Origin: Marsupella aquatica
Taxonomy: Eukaryota; Plantae; Marchantiophyta
NCBI GenBank assembly: GCA_973895155.1
Contig: OZ316892.1
Coordinates: 9,838,283-9,902,282, forward strand
DNA: 64,000 bases
Direction: 5' to 3'
Shown: positions 13,649-26,100 of the stretch, in pieces
Position numbering within the stretch: the first letter of the stretch is position 1
How the letters are laid out: every line of letters begins with the position of its first letter
Notes under the pieces: model-generated
Seen by the model: only the letters and a program-made list of their open reading frames with translations
Told to the model about the DNA's origin: nothing
Databases searched by the model: none
Translations under genes and position numbers: made by a program

Positions 13649-14071
13649 TGGAGGCTAAAGGAGGTCGCAAGCAAATTTCCAATCTTAGTGCGTGGCAATA
13701 CGAGAGCCCTCTAGGCTACGTTGTGGAGGACGTGCGACCGCTTGGTGGTGTTGAGAAGTTCCGAACTGCTGCTTACTCCAACGTGAGTGTCTACGTTCAC
13801 ACACAACTTGTGCTTCAAATGTTATCGTCGTAGTGCCCACCGTTTGAATGAAGTTGTTTAGCATAGTGTCTCATCGGAGACATTCAATACTAAGCCACGT
13901 TACCGCGACCTACTGACCCAGTTTTGTTTAGTGTTTTCCTTCCGTTCAATTCCGTCTTTTGGAAGTTACAGATTCAGAAGGTTTTAGTTCGAATTTGTCG
14001 TGAATGTGAGTTCTGATGCAGATTCTAATCGTGGTCTGTCCTCTGTGCAGTGTGTCCGGAAGCCATCCTGA
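13648..14071 (+). CDS. SAMDC conserved small uORF (AdoMetDC leader peptide), 51 aa, exons 13648-13782 and 14051-14071
   Basis: MEAKGGRKQISNLSAWQYESPLGYVVEDVRPLGGVEKFRTAAYSN|CVRKPS*. GT-AG intron 13783-14050 (AAC|GTGAGT ... TGTGCAG|TGT). Matches the YEAPLGY.IEDVRP.GG..KF....YSNC...PS consensus. Confidence 0.95.
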
Positions 14072-14270
14072 GATACCCCAAAGTAATCCGAAATTAAGCG
14101 TCGCTGACCGTCCAAGATTGGGCTGGTCTGCCTGAGCTCGTGGCGCAGACCGGCTCCCCCTCTCTGTCGGGCTTGCTCCCGTGTTCCGGTCATCGCTTTA
14201 GTTGCTGCTGCACTTGAGACACTCCCGTTCCTTCTGCTCGTTGTTCTCATCTCTCTTTGGCGTGAAGAAG

Positions 14271-15659
14271 ATGGGCTCTCCATTCGCATCAGCCGATTGC
14301 GTGAACGGGGTGGAAATGAATTCCTGCATAGGATTCGAAGGATTCGAGAAAAGACTGGAAGTCGAATTCTACCCTGCTGCAATTTTTACAGATCCAGCAG
14401 GCCGAGGATTACGGACTTTGTCACGAGATAACCTTGACCTTATGCTGGATGCTGCTAAGTGTACCATAGTTGCGCAACTCAGCAACGCAGATTTTGATTC
14501 CTATGTGCTGTCTGAATCGAGTCTTTTCGTTTACCCCTTGAAGATGGTGTTGAAAACTTGCGGTACGACGCAGCTGTTGAAGGCTATTCCTATTTTGCTG
14601 GATTTCGCTTCCGGACTTACCATGAAAGTCCGTCGTGCTAAGTACACCCGGGGTACTTTCATGTTCCCCTCCGTCCAGCCTTACCCACACGGAAGCTTCG
14701 GGGACGAGGTGGATTACTTGGAGCAGTATTTCGGGAAGTTAGGAGCAGGAGGGAAATGGGTCATGGGCAATGCAGCGCAGTTCCCAAGCTGGCATCTTTA
14801 CTCGGCATGTGATGAGAATGACTCAGGCTTTTCTGATCTTACCTACACGTTGGAAATGTGTATGACCAAGTTGGACGTGATGAAGGCTCGTGCATTTTTC
14901 AACGCGGATGGGGCGAAGACCGGCCCGGACATGACTGCAGCATCAGGCATTGGGAAGCTTCTTCCAAATTCTAAGATTTGTGACTTCGCTTTCGAGCCCT
15001 GCGGATATTCTATGAACTCCATTGAGGGAACTGCACATTCGACCATACATGTCACCCCTGAGGAGGATTTTAGTTTTGCTAGTTTTGAGACGATGGGATA
15101 TGGTCCGAAGGACGTGAACCTGGTGGGTCTCCTCGATAATGTGGTCTCCGTCTTCAAACCTGCGAGTTTTTCTCTGTGCCTGCATGTCACACGCGGGGTT
15201 GATGGAGGGGAGCGATCATCATCGTGGGGAAGTCCAATATGCCCTTCTGGCTACGTCTGCGATGGGACGAGCCGTCAGGAATTGCCCTGTGGAAGCGTCG
15301 CAGTTTTCCATACTTTCAAAGAAGATGCCAACCGTTCGGAGATGGTTCTTCAGCCTCTCGCCCTTATGAAATACGCCGAAGAGCCTCTGCCCCTGTACGT
15401 TGGTGAAATTATTCCAAACAAGATGGTTAAGGAGTCTTACTACAAATTGCGTCGTCATGGTAGTAAAACAAATGGTAATGACGTCAAGGAAGCGCCCTCA
15501 ACATTCTACACTTTGTCCTCGGGCGACAAGGAATATCAATATTTTGACAAAGTGGACGTCAGCGGCGACGGCAGTGATTCATGTGAGGAGTATTCCATTT
15601 TTGGTTTCCCCAGTGCCTCTAGCAGCAACAGCAGCAGCGACGACGAGCACTACTTTTGA
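14271..15659 (+). CDS. SAMDC: S-adenosylmethionine decarboxylase proenzyme (462 aa, intronless main ORF)
   Basis: IGFEGFEKRLE, proenzyme cleavage site DSYVLSE/SSLFVYP, LKTCGTT, FEPCGYSMN, STIHVTPE. First ATG at 14271 in an AAGATGG context; preceded by the conserved uORF pair. Confidence 0.98.
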   Translation: MGSPFASADCVNGVEMNSCIGFEGFEKRLEVEFYPAAIFTDPAGRGLRTLSRDNLDLMLDAAKCTIVAQLSNADFDSYVLSESSLFVYPLKMVLKTCGTTQLLKAIPILLDFASGLTMKVRRAKYTRGTFMFPSVQPYPHGSFGDEVDYLEQYFGKLGAGGKWVMGNAAQFPSWHLYSACDENDSGFSDLTYTLEMCMTKLDVMKARAFFNADGAKTGPDMTAASGIGKLLPNSKICDFAFEPCGYSMNSIEGTAHSTIHVTPEEDFSFASFETMGYGPKDVNLVGLLDNVVSVFKPASFSLCLHVTRGVDGGERSSSWGSPICPSGYVCDGTSRQELPCGSVAVFHTFKEDANRSEMVLQPLALMKYAEEPLPLYVGEIIPNKMVKESYYKLRRHGSKTNGNDVKEAPSTFYTLSSGDKEYQYFDKVDVSGDGSDSCEEYSIFGFPSASSSNSSSDDEHYF

Positions 15660-16401
15660 TGCTTCTTGCATCTCAAAATTTTGTTGAGAAAAATATTCTT
15701 TCCCGTTTTTCGTTTCTTAGCCGCGACGTACATATTCCGCGAAAGCCATCCGCAGCCATCCTAAGTGGAGATGTCATTTGTTCTTGTAGTTGTTGGAGCC
15801 AAACCGGTCTGTTTTGTGAAGTTCCTGCTTGGTACTGTGCTTTTTCCTCACGTTTTTCCAACGCCTTCCGCGTTTCGGGAATGCGTCGTCACGGCGACGA
15901 CGGCTTTAGGACAGACTTATGTTTAGAAGAAGCAAAACTACGGCACTGTTGTTATCGAGACGTAGATATACAGTAGGGCGGAGTTTTAAAGCAGAAAGGC
16001 GGTCAGCTGGAACAATTCTTTACCGCGGAAAAGGTTGAAGTTTGGTTTGATTTGTAGATATCACTCGGAACGCGTCTCTCGCAGAGTGATGTCTTATATC
16101 ATTCGAACATTTAATGTTTTCGCACAATTCTGTTCTTATATGTATATAGGTGTAATTACATCTATATCAATAAAAAAGGTTGCTCCCAATCATGGGTACT
16201 GCTGGCAACCTTCGTACTGCGGGCCCTGGTTAATATAATTCCCCAGAGTATGTTGAACATTTGTGGATATTCTATGTCGGAATGGTGATTGTCAACCCGT
16301 TAAGGTATTTCGACTCAAACATAGGGGTAAGTATTTTTCCATGTCCATCAATTAAGCTAGGGAAAACTCGACGACCATAGCTCAGACAATTAGTTAGGTT
16401 T

Positions 16402-16445
16402 ACGAATGTCAAACGGACGAATGTCAAACGGACGAATGTCAAACC
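16402..16445. repeat. 15-bp tandem repeat x3
   Basis: ACGAATGTCAAACGG repeated three times. Confidence 0.9.
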
Positions 16446-19279
16446 CTTACCGAATGCCAGCATGAACATTCTCAGAGATTCTGTCCCAGAGATAATTTTC
16501 AGCTCTGGCTTGGGAAGAGTCTGCACCCCCCTCCGACACAAGACTAAACCAATCTGAGAGTAGAAACGAAGGATTTGATCTGCGGCACGCAGCGGCTTAG
16601 GAAAAATTAAACCAGGAACTTTGAATAGGAACAGTCTTGTAAAGAAGTCGGCAACTCCCCAACAGCCAAAATCTCGTCCGAAACCAATATGGGGGTGACG
16701 TGAACATCGGCGAGCTGTGAGTCTCCTAGTTCAGTCAATTTGTAGTACGATTTTGGATCGCTTCGCGTGTGAACTCGGACTCGGTGTCGGCCGGAAAGGG
16801 AGAAGTCGACATTCGACACCCCATTGGGATTTGATGATGAATCCTGTTGGAGAACGAATTTGCGATCAGAGAGAAAGCAATTCAATCGACCCTTCATGGA
16901 AAGTAAAAGTCACATCGGTCAAAATCTTGCAATGCTCTATTGCAAAATCAATTTCAGCCGCCGAAATCGGGCACCCACCCCATGCTCTACTGCAGAATCA
17001 ATTTTGAAGTACGAGCAGCGATCAGCGTGACAGCAGACGGGGGGACGGAATTCACACCCATCAGACGTAGAATCGATCAGTCCCACTGGAAAACGAGAAG
17101 AACTTGGTTGAGAAGGAGGCAGGTGAAAGGTGTTTCGAGTCCATGCATTTCGTAGAGACAGTCGATCGCTACGAGAGCAGGCAGGTGGATCGGAGATAAG
17201 CTTTACTCTCATCCTGAACAAGTGATTGATATGAAGGGCTAGGTGGAACCCAATAATCCACAGCAAGCGAATCGAACAGGTTTAATTTCAGACTGACGAA
17301 GCTGTTGCTATAGGAGGAGACACGTCGGCGCTTTACAATGCCTTTGGGTTTTTCACTTTTTTTGCCAGGATGGCGAATGTCAACCATTGGGAAAGATGAA
17401 GACCCTCAGATCATTCCTTATCTATTTTCTAGGGATTTCTGACCCTTTGAGTTGCCTGGATTGAGGATAAGGGTTAGATTCTGGGTATGGAGTTAGTGGC
17501 GAGGTCTCTCACCTGGGTACTCGAAGACAAAAAACATAATTTTAGCCAAAAGTGAGGGACACACTTCAGTGAGGTGCAAGTAGGCTTATTTTTGCCAGTG
17601 AAAAGAGGAGGGTGGGGGCAATTTCGACTTTTTCTCAGTACCCAAGCAATACTATTATATGCAACCTCTCCAAAAAGGAGAAGGTTTGTTTACAAAAAGC
17701 AAAACAGATCCTGATAAATGGTGGCTGTAGCCCAGAAACAAGTTTTTTTGCACCTTCAGATTCACCAGTAGACGCTCCTTCACCCCTCCTGCCTCACTTG
17801 CATGCTCGAGCTGCCTTATGCCTACCACGCCTGATCAAACAATAAAAGAAAAATGAAGAAACAGAAAATAAAAGAGAAAAACAATTCACGGAAAATCTCA
17901 CTCCTTTTGTGCAACCATGCTTGGGGACTCTGTTACATTGCGGCTATTGTCACCTGTCTTGCATACCTGCGCCCTTGCCCCTTTCAAGAATGAAATTTTC
18001 ATAACAATATCACTGCCCAAAATCCTGCCCAAAATGGTTACATTACTAAAACAACCAACCACCCATGGCAAGTGAAACTATCAGACCACAACATGACTAT
18101 ATAGATGACATATTCAGTCAAGATTTTTACTAAAATAAATAAATCAAAGGATAATCTGTGAAACCCCACATAAAGGGAACAATATAGTCTCCACTCAAGT
18201 GAACTACCACACAATCATGTCTCTTTGGGTTATTCAATCAGAATTGTAACACTATTGCCCCAGTTGCATATCTCAGATTTAATTGTCTCACCTGGACATT
18301 TTTGTGTCATGCACCGGTATTACAATAACAACCACAAATCCAGCCCCAAACGCATGGGCATTGGGCTATCAAACACATGGCCTCATCTTTATATTTAAGC
18401 ATCTTACATATCATGTCTACATTGAGATTAGGATTATTGACTCTTATTCTTCATTTATGTTTACCCACACTAAACATGGACACTCAGTAACATAGCTGCA
18501 ATCACCTGATCCCATGACTGCAATGATTGCATGATTACATGGCTGCAACGGCCCCATGGGAAGGTGACAATTGCCACCTGGACACCCCTGTCACCCTGAA
18601 GCAAGGGGTCAGGCCTTGATCTTTTGACTCACCTTGAGGGAGGGCAAGGAGGACCATTTTACTGTATACTCAAACAATTGGGAGACCTAGCTTGGCTCCA
18701 CAATGGCAATAGATCAACCTTGTGGGTTGCTACTATGCTACTGCTGGCAGTAATTTATAGTTTGAGGGGACCAGCATTGTGAGGCAGAGTCAAATGAGGG
18801 CAAATACATGGGGATTGTCCATGCTTAGGTATCCTTTGCGTGAGCAGGGAGGACTTAACAATTAACCTGAGTGGTCGAATCCATTAACCACCAATGAAAA
18901 AAGGTGTGGGAGTGTCAGAATTTCCACAAGAAAATGGCAACCGCATACATCTTAGTTTTTTGTTACATTTTGAAAAGCAAAGGGAAGCCATGCCTGAAAG
19001 CCAATGTCGAATGGGAAAACTCGAAATAGCCTTAGGAATGGGGATTGAAACCCTTGAGTTGAAATTTTCAACAAGGCTAAAGAACCTGGTACCCTGGAGT
19101 CAGAAACAAGAGTTGCATAAGAGTCAAAGAGGGGACCTAAGTAATAATAAATGTACATCTCTGTTCATGTGGTCATGTAAGTAAAAATCTCAGTTATGTA
19201 GTCACTGACCCAATTTGTGCTTGCATAATATTGTCAATAGTAAATGATGTTGAGCACAAGCCTCGTTGAGCCTAAGTGA

Positions 19280-19462
19280 AAACTCAAAGGCCAGGCAATA
19301 GGACCTGTCCAGAGTTTGTGAGTTGGCCACCTTCCATACTAATTAGAAAGAGTGTGCAGTCTGGAGGGAAACTCAAGACCAGGCAATAGGATGCTGTCCA
19401 GAGTTCATGAGTTGGCCACCTAGGATACGAATTCAAAAGAGTGTGCAGTCTGGAGGGAGACT
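19280..19462. repeat. ~87-bp tandem duplication
   Basis: CCAGGCAATAGGA..CTGTCCAGAGTT..TGAGTTGGCCACCT...AAAGAGTGTGCAGTCTGGAGGGA occurs twice. Confidence 0.85.
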
Positions 19463-20099
19463 GATGGGTTGGGTGCCAAAAAGGTGCACAATGGCTCCTC
19501 TAGGCTCATCTCAATGGTAAGGAAAATATTCCACCATGTTCCAACAGCCAGCGAGGTTCTCCCCACAATGACATGTTGCAATTGACCATGAGAAAGGAAG
19601 AGTGTGAAGTAATGTTATAGTACTTATTTAATATTAAAAAACGTTTTGCAGTCTTATATCTAAGAAGCAATCCTGGTCAATAAAATGTTGACAAGAAAGG
19701 GGGCCCGTTCCTCCATGGGGGCTAAAATCTTGTCAAAGCGGCCATAGCTATACCTTAATGAAAACTACAGTAGGAGTCTTCAAATGGCAGACAACCTCAT
19801 TTTAAAATTTGCAAAGCATATGAATGAGTGGCTTAGAACTAATGTCCCTTTCGTGCCCAATAAGGATGTGCGAGCGTTACATTCGATGGCGCTTGTTATC
19901 CAATTCGACCAAGGAGAGAATATCAACACCTATGACTTGATAAACAGTAGGAAAGATAAAGGTTCTGAAGGGGACCACTTTCTTAAGGGGGCCACCCTTT
20001 CACCGGTGGATTCTCTACTGGTTAGTATTGGTTTGGTGCGTGTGTTGGACCACATCTGTTTAATTATATATACAGCCACCTGGCAATCGAGAATTTTCA

Positions 20100-21105
20100 T
20101 AGATTTGGAATTCTTTAATACACTATGTTGAGTGTTGGATCCAAACATCACGACCCCAACTGCCATTACAAAAAGACAATATACACGGAAATTGGATATT
20201 TGCATAGATTTAAAATAGGTATACCAGGTTGAGTGTTGGATCCAAGCATCACGACCCCAACTGCCATTACAACAATATACACGGAAATTGAATGTTGCAT
20301 AGATTTAGAATAGGTATACTAAATTGAGTGTTGGATTCAAACATATCATGACGACCCCAACTGCATTTACAAATCAGTTTGAGGACCCCTTGGTTATGTA
20401 AGACTCATTATGTTATTCACAAGTTAGAGCTATTACAGACTTACATATTGGAATAGGTTTGAATATGGATACAAGAGGAAAAAACGAGAGATTATTCATG
20501 GTAAGAGTTCATGCAAAATATTCCCTTGGTACTCTCATGTGCATAGAGTTTATGTAACATTCCAGGCATGCAATCAGTGCAAATGTTATAGTAGGGGAAG
20601 GTTTCTTATGCCCTTTGGTATTAGTTTGTCCATAGCAGCCGAAGGGTTTCTTACCCCGTTTCTTACATCACTTTGTAATGTTATAGTAGTTGAAGAGTTT
20701 CTTTTTACCCAATTTGCCATTCCTATACTTTTTGGCAAACATTGATATATCAATCACACCCCATGGAAGGTTATTTTCTCTAACCCATTTCTTTGTTTAA
20801 TTGGAGTGTTACTTTTCAATTGTCCATTGTTTTTACAATTACTAGGGTTAACCCTTTTTTTTGCTTTGCCTTGAATAGACATAGTCAAGTTTGGTTCTTT
20901 CTTCATTATGAACCTTTCTTGTTTTGAGCCAATAGTGCTCATGTGGCTGTACATGTTTCCAAGAACTTTGGCAAGCCTTTCCCATGGGGGTGGGTAAAAA
21001 CAACATACACAGAAATTGAACACTTGCCTAGATTTGGAATAGTTATACTAAGTTGAGTGTTGGATTTGAACTTCACAACCCCAACTGCCATTACAAAAGA
21101 CAACA
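20100..21105. repeat. ~100-bp repeat: three tandem copies plus a displaced fourth
   Basis: TTGAGTGTTGGAT.CAA.CATCACGACCCCAACTGCCATTACAA at ~20128, 20229, 20324 and 21053. Confidence 0.85.
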
Positions 21106-22044
21106 GACATTAAAAAAGACAACATAGGGGTTCAAAAACTACTGTATGACTTCCCTTTTACAAACTGAAACCTCAAGCTCTGCAACCTGCTTGAGATTTA
21201 AGGCTTGACAACTGTTTTGTTTCGAGGGAAACAGCCCATGAGCACTCCGTACAACTGTGGATTGGACTATACTTTACTTACGGCTATGAGCTATCACATA
21301 TGTTGTAAGTTGCTACATTGACATATGCACCACTTCTGTGTACACCGCCACATAAACTCTGGGTGTTTGTGGAAAATGCATAGATCACAAAGTTTAACAA
21401 ACTGCTCAGAATCAACCATCAAAACTTGCATGAACAGATTAGAAATATTAAATATTCCTCAAATAGCACATTCTCATTCTATGAAATGCTCAAATTTTCT
21501 GTAACTTTGGTCACTCTCGTAATGACTGACCTAAAGATAGCTGGAAATATTGAGAATCTTCTTTGTGTTAAACAAACGAGAGTCATCATCCATAATCTTC
21601 AGTCCTCCTCTATGGGTTTTGTGTGAGATTTCCCTTGTCCTCTGTCCTCATCTGCTGTGTGTCTCTCGTTTGTTTAAAACATTTGATTCAAAAGCTTTAA
21701 AATTACAGATGATGACTTTAGGCCATAAAAGAATGATCATAAATTTTTCACAAGATTGTGTAAATGTTTTCTTTTCACTTGCCTCTATAGTGACTGGTGG
21801 TAATGGCATATGACCAATTCTTTATGGCAAAAAGTTAAGGACTATGAATTTGGGAGTCTAAATTCTTGCATCCCCAATCATATGGCAAAACATTATGGAC
21901 CATGAATTTGGTAGTCTAAATTTTTGCATCCGTAACCCATAAGAAGGGAGTTAAGGGCAATAAAAATCTGAGCAATTTGAGCTTTTGGGATAGAGTTTAG
22001 ACCCATCAAATTCTGAGCTTTGAGACGCCCCAATGAGGCTGCCT

Positions 22045-22562
22045 TTCAGAGATGGGCAGGACTACCGAGGCAGGCCTTCGTTTCCCTTTTGTATCCCTTT
22101 CGTAACTTGAGGTGTCGTATTAGGGCAATTGTATACCCCAACCTACTCTGGGTTTTGAGTGAGATTTTACTCCTCCTCTGTCCTCAGCTGCTGTGAGTCG
22201 CTCGTTCGTTTTAACACCTCTGATTTGTACTCAATCAGAGGTCTTTCATCTTCAGAGATCGCAGAAGTACTGTGAGTCTCTCGTTCGTTTTAACACCTCT
22301 GATTTGTACTCAGTCAGAGGTCTTTCATCTTCAGAGATCGCAGAAGTACAGCAGCAGCAGCAGCAGCCTTTCGATTCCCTTTTGTAGCCCTTTCGTACCT
22401 TCGGGTAATTGTATAGTCCAACCTTCTGTGGGTTTTCAATGCGATTTTGCTACTCCTCTGCCCTCAGGTGCTGAGATTCTCTCGTTCATTTAGCACATCG
22501 GATTAGTAATCGATCAGGGGGTCTTTCGTCTTCAGATCGGCAGGAGTACCGCAGCAGCCGCA
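22045..22562 (+). repeat. Tandemly duplicated 5'-leader module upstream of the 22563 ORF, including a near-perfect 79-bp duplication
   Basis: 22191-22269 is repeated at 22270-22348. The larger unit TTCAGAGAT.GCAG.A.TAC...CCTTTTTGTA.CCCTTTCGTA...CCTCTG.CCTCAG recurs at ~22046 and ~22330, with its start again at ~22531. Confidence 0.85.
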
Positions 22563-22799
22563 ATGGCCGCGTTCTCGGGAACCACCGCATTGCAAGTGGT
22601 CATCAAGCGCACAGGCGGGCTGGTGTGGAAGAACTGGCCCATGAATCACACTCGTCGGGCGAATGCGAAGGCTCGGCACATTCGACTCGCGCAGGTGGAA
22701 GAAGTCCTGAGGGCCTGCTCACAACTTCCGCCTCCTTCCCCTTCTCCTACTTCTCCTTCTTCCCAGCTGGATGAAATGCAGCAGCAAAGCTCGCAGTGA
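22563..22799 (+). CDS. Small basic protein (78 aa), candidate mitochondrial large-subunit ribosomal protein mL60 (YmL31-like)
   Basis: Strong GCAATGGCC start context and GC-rich codons. MAAFSGT...GGLVWKNWPMNHTRRANAKARHIRLAQVEEVLRAC resembles, from memory, the fungal mL60 N-terminus (GGLLWKIPWRMS..QK.RQR.RLR.VD.V), followed by a low-complexity P/S/Q tail. Not verified by a search. Confidence 0.55.
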   Translation: MAAFSGTTALQVVIKRTGGLVWKNWPMNHTRRANAKARHIRLAQVEEVLRACSQLPPPSPSPTSPSSQLDEMQQQSSQ

Positions 22800-23116
22800 A
22801 GTTGTCTCTGCTGTTCTATGGCTTTCAATTTTGGTGCTCGATGACAAGGTGACCGCTCTGCAGGCAATCTGTGACGCTGTTGGAAGGAGCTGCGCGAGGG
22901 AATTTTCGAGGTGCACTTCTCTAGTCCATTCTGTAGGATACCGAACTTTTAGGGCAAAATTTAAGACTGAATTTCCAAATGGTGGATGGTTCTCCCAACA
23001 AGAGTTTCGAAGTGGATAGTTAGAAAAATTTGAGAATAGAGAGACACACGGCTTGTCGCGTTTGATGAGTGTGTTCGCGGAATCAGGTTTTGAAATTGCC
23101 TGGCCGTCCCCTGTTT

Positions 23117-26100
23117 GACATCTTCATTAAGGGCGCTGGCGCTTCCTGTGCATCATAAACTTCTAGCAATGTTTCCAACCATAATCTCCAAAACGTGTAC
23201 TTTCTTAGATTTGAAAAGTTGGGGTTATAATCTTAGGTCCCACATATGTCCTAAGAATGGAGTTGTGAGTGTCCCTAGCGTAATGCCCAGCAAGCACCTA
23301 TAGCATAATCAATGCGGATGTCTGTGGGCTTATGACATTCTCATTAAGGGCGCAAGCGGTTGCTGTGCATCATTTGTCATCCCGCACTTGACATTTTGGT
23401 TGTACTTATATATCCTTAGGATTAGGAATGGAGTTGTAAATTGCTCGAAGCATAATGCCCAGAAAGCAGCTAGCATACTCAGTGCGGATGTCTCTGGTTT
23501 TCTAACGACATTCCCATTAAAACGCTAGCTGTTTCTGTGCATCTTTCGTCCAAAAGTTTACATCCGGCTCCTGACATTTTGGTTGTACTTATATATCTTT
23601 AGGATTCGGAATGGAGCTGTGAATTGTTCGAAGCATAATGCCCAGCAAGCAGCTAGCATACTCAATGTGGATGTCCGTGAGGTTCTAATGACATTCCCAT
23701 TAAGGGCGCTAGCTGTTGCTGCGCATCATTCGTCCAAGGGTTTACATCCGGCTCTTGACAATTTGGTTTTACTTATATATCCTTAGGATTAGGAATGGAG
23801 CTGTGAATTGTTCGAAGCGTAATGCCCAGCAAGCAGCTAGCATACTCAATGCGGATGTCTGTGCGGTTCGAATGGTATTTCCATCAAGGGCGCTAGCTGT
23901 TGCTGTGCATTGTTTGTCCAAAAATTCACATACGGTTCTGGACATTTTGATTGCTATGTATACTGACCGATTGTGATTGTTACAGTGGAAACGCTCGGTT
24001 TATAAAACACGCCCCACCTTGAAATGTCGAAGAGTACTTGTGAATTGGTCAGTAGCAGGTCTCCCAGCAAGCAGCCAGCACTCAATTTGGATGCCTTTGG
24101 TTGCCAATGTTGTGACGTCGCTGTTTTTGGGCTCGAGTGCTTGCTGTGCATCGTACTTTAAACATTTTATTGACCGTGTATCAGCCTTCAGTACCCTTTC
24201 TATAACCTAAGAACGTCGAGTGAGCAGAGCCTGCTGGAAGCCAGTCCCTTGGAACTTATGTCACTTCTCTGGAAATGAACTGGTTGACCAGGCCCAGCTC
24301 ATGTCCTTGCAGAACTGAATTCTGCTCCGGGACGTCTGCTCCCAAGCAACTAAAGCTGCTCTTGACATTCAGGAAGCCTGGGCGAGCAAAATGAGGAGAA
24401 TTGGTCCGGACAGCATCTGGGTAGGATAAACATCCTGCGCAGAATCCCGGCTTTGTATCAAAGGTCGACATAATACCTGGTGAAAAGGCTAGCAAAGATA
24501 ACATGCACGTACCATCGTCAGAATTTGCAATCATTCGCATGCTTGAGTGGGAATCGACTTTGTGTCTGTTATGTTTCCTAAGGAAGCAACAATTACCTGG
24601 TTTGCAGAGACCCGTGCATGAAGTATCATCGTCTGGAGAACATGTAGATTTCATGTGAAGCATATTTGCATAGTGAAGAATGATCTAGTCTTGGATACAA
24701 TGAATGAGCGGGTAAACTTAAATACCCCGGCCGAGGCAAGAAAAGTGAAAGAAACTAGACCCGTGATTATGGGAAGGCCGAAGCACCAGACTAATGTACA
24801 CAGCATCTAACAGTGTCCTTGTTAGGTAGAAACCTTGGTAGAAACCTTGATACTCGCTAACCAACTCTAACAGTCAAATAGTCCAAGATCTAATTATAAA
24901 CGACACAATCATAAAGTGGACAGTAACGCTTATAGTCCGTTGAAGAGAGAGCTGCACGTTGGCACAAAGAAGCGAAGATTTCTCCACTTGCACAACGGAA
25001 GGCGACATTTGCTCTCCATTCTTGGCGAACTCATCAGCAGGTATCATCAGAATCCCGTGCCTTCTCAGAATTCGCAGAAGAGGGGTTTGCCGAGTAATTT
25101 CTTCAGTATGTCAGCAACCTGATCAAGCAATGGAAGAAAGCGAAGATCAACTGTGCTCTTCAGAACGTGTTCCAAGATGAAGTGCTCCCAAACCTCCACG
25201 TGCCAGCACCTAACAAAGGAGCAAGGTAGGAATGTGAACACCACCATAGGTGCGGCATTGGGAATTCGATAAGGCAGTTCGATACGAGGTCGATATTGTC
25301 GGTAGATGCCAGGAACACAACAGGGTCAATGACTATACTCAGATGATCAAAAATTGATTCAACAATATTTTAAGAAGAGCTTTCCTAATAAGCCATGACT
25401 GTACCTCGACTAACATCCGGGCAAGGAGTGAATGAAAGGATTTGATATAAAATTTGGGGCGCCAAAAGTTCTTGTTCATCATCTTTAACACGTATGTTTA
25501 CATTTCTCCCGTCTGAAGCGTTTTGCTAGACTGAAAGATGTGAGTCTTCATCATTTCTTTTTGCACGTGAAAGGTTTGTATTCATAAGCTAGATTCCCAC
25601 CCCTTGTCAGCTGCAGAAAAGAGGGATCGTGCATTACACAAAGCACATTGCCCACCAAGTAGGTACCATGATTATACTCAATGTGGATGTTGTTGGGTTT
25701 TCATGTTATGACATGTCCATTGTTGTGCATCATACTTCTAACACTTGCCTTGAAAACCAAAAGCAGGCCCATCCAACAGAGGATAGACGTCGCCATCGAA
25801 CAGAGGATAGACGTCCTGCTTTGGAGCATACATTTCTATGCAGTGCAGTCGTCACAAGAGGACATGCATTTCTATGTAGGGCAGCCACAAGGGGACAATA
25901 CCCACTGATCCCACAGGACCCAGACCAGGAGGGAGAGAGTATTAAACCAGAACCCAAAGTGGACAACCAGGGCTGAGTAGATAATCAATATTCCCACCCC
26001 TACACCCCACCCACACACACATACCCTCCACACCCCTTATGTGTGGAGCGAGTATTGAACCTGGGCCAGTTGGTTTACTTCGAACAAAGCCGGTTGGTTT

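Noticed and set aside
14202-14270. ORF-track N-terminal extension of SAMDC from a TTG start
   Set aside because: Non-ATG start; the first ATG at 14271 fits the family N-terminus.
16600-17390. Possible decayed gene on minus (LRNAWTRNTFHLPP, reminiscent of F-box-associated repeats)
   Set aside because: A single short motif with no continuous frame or second diagnostic motif.
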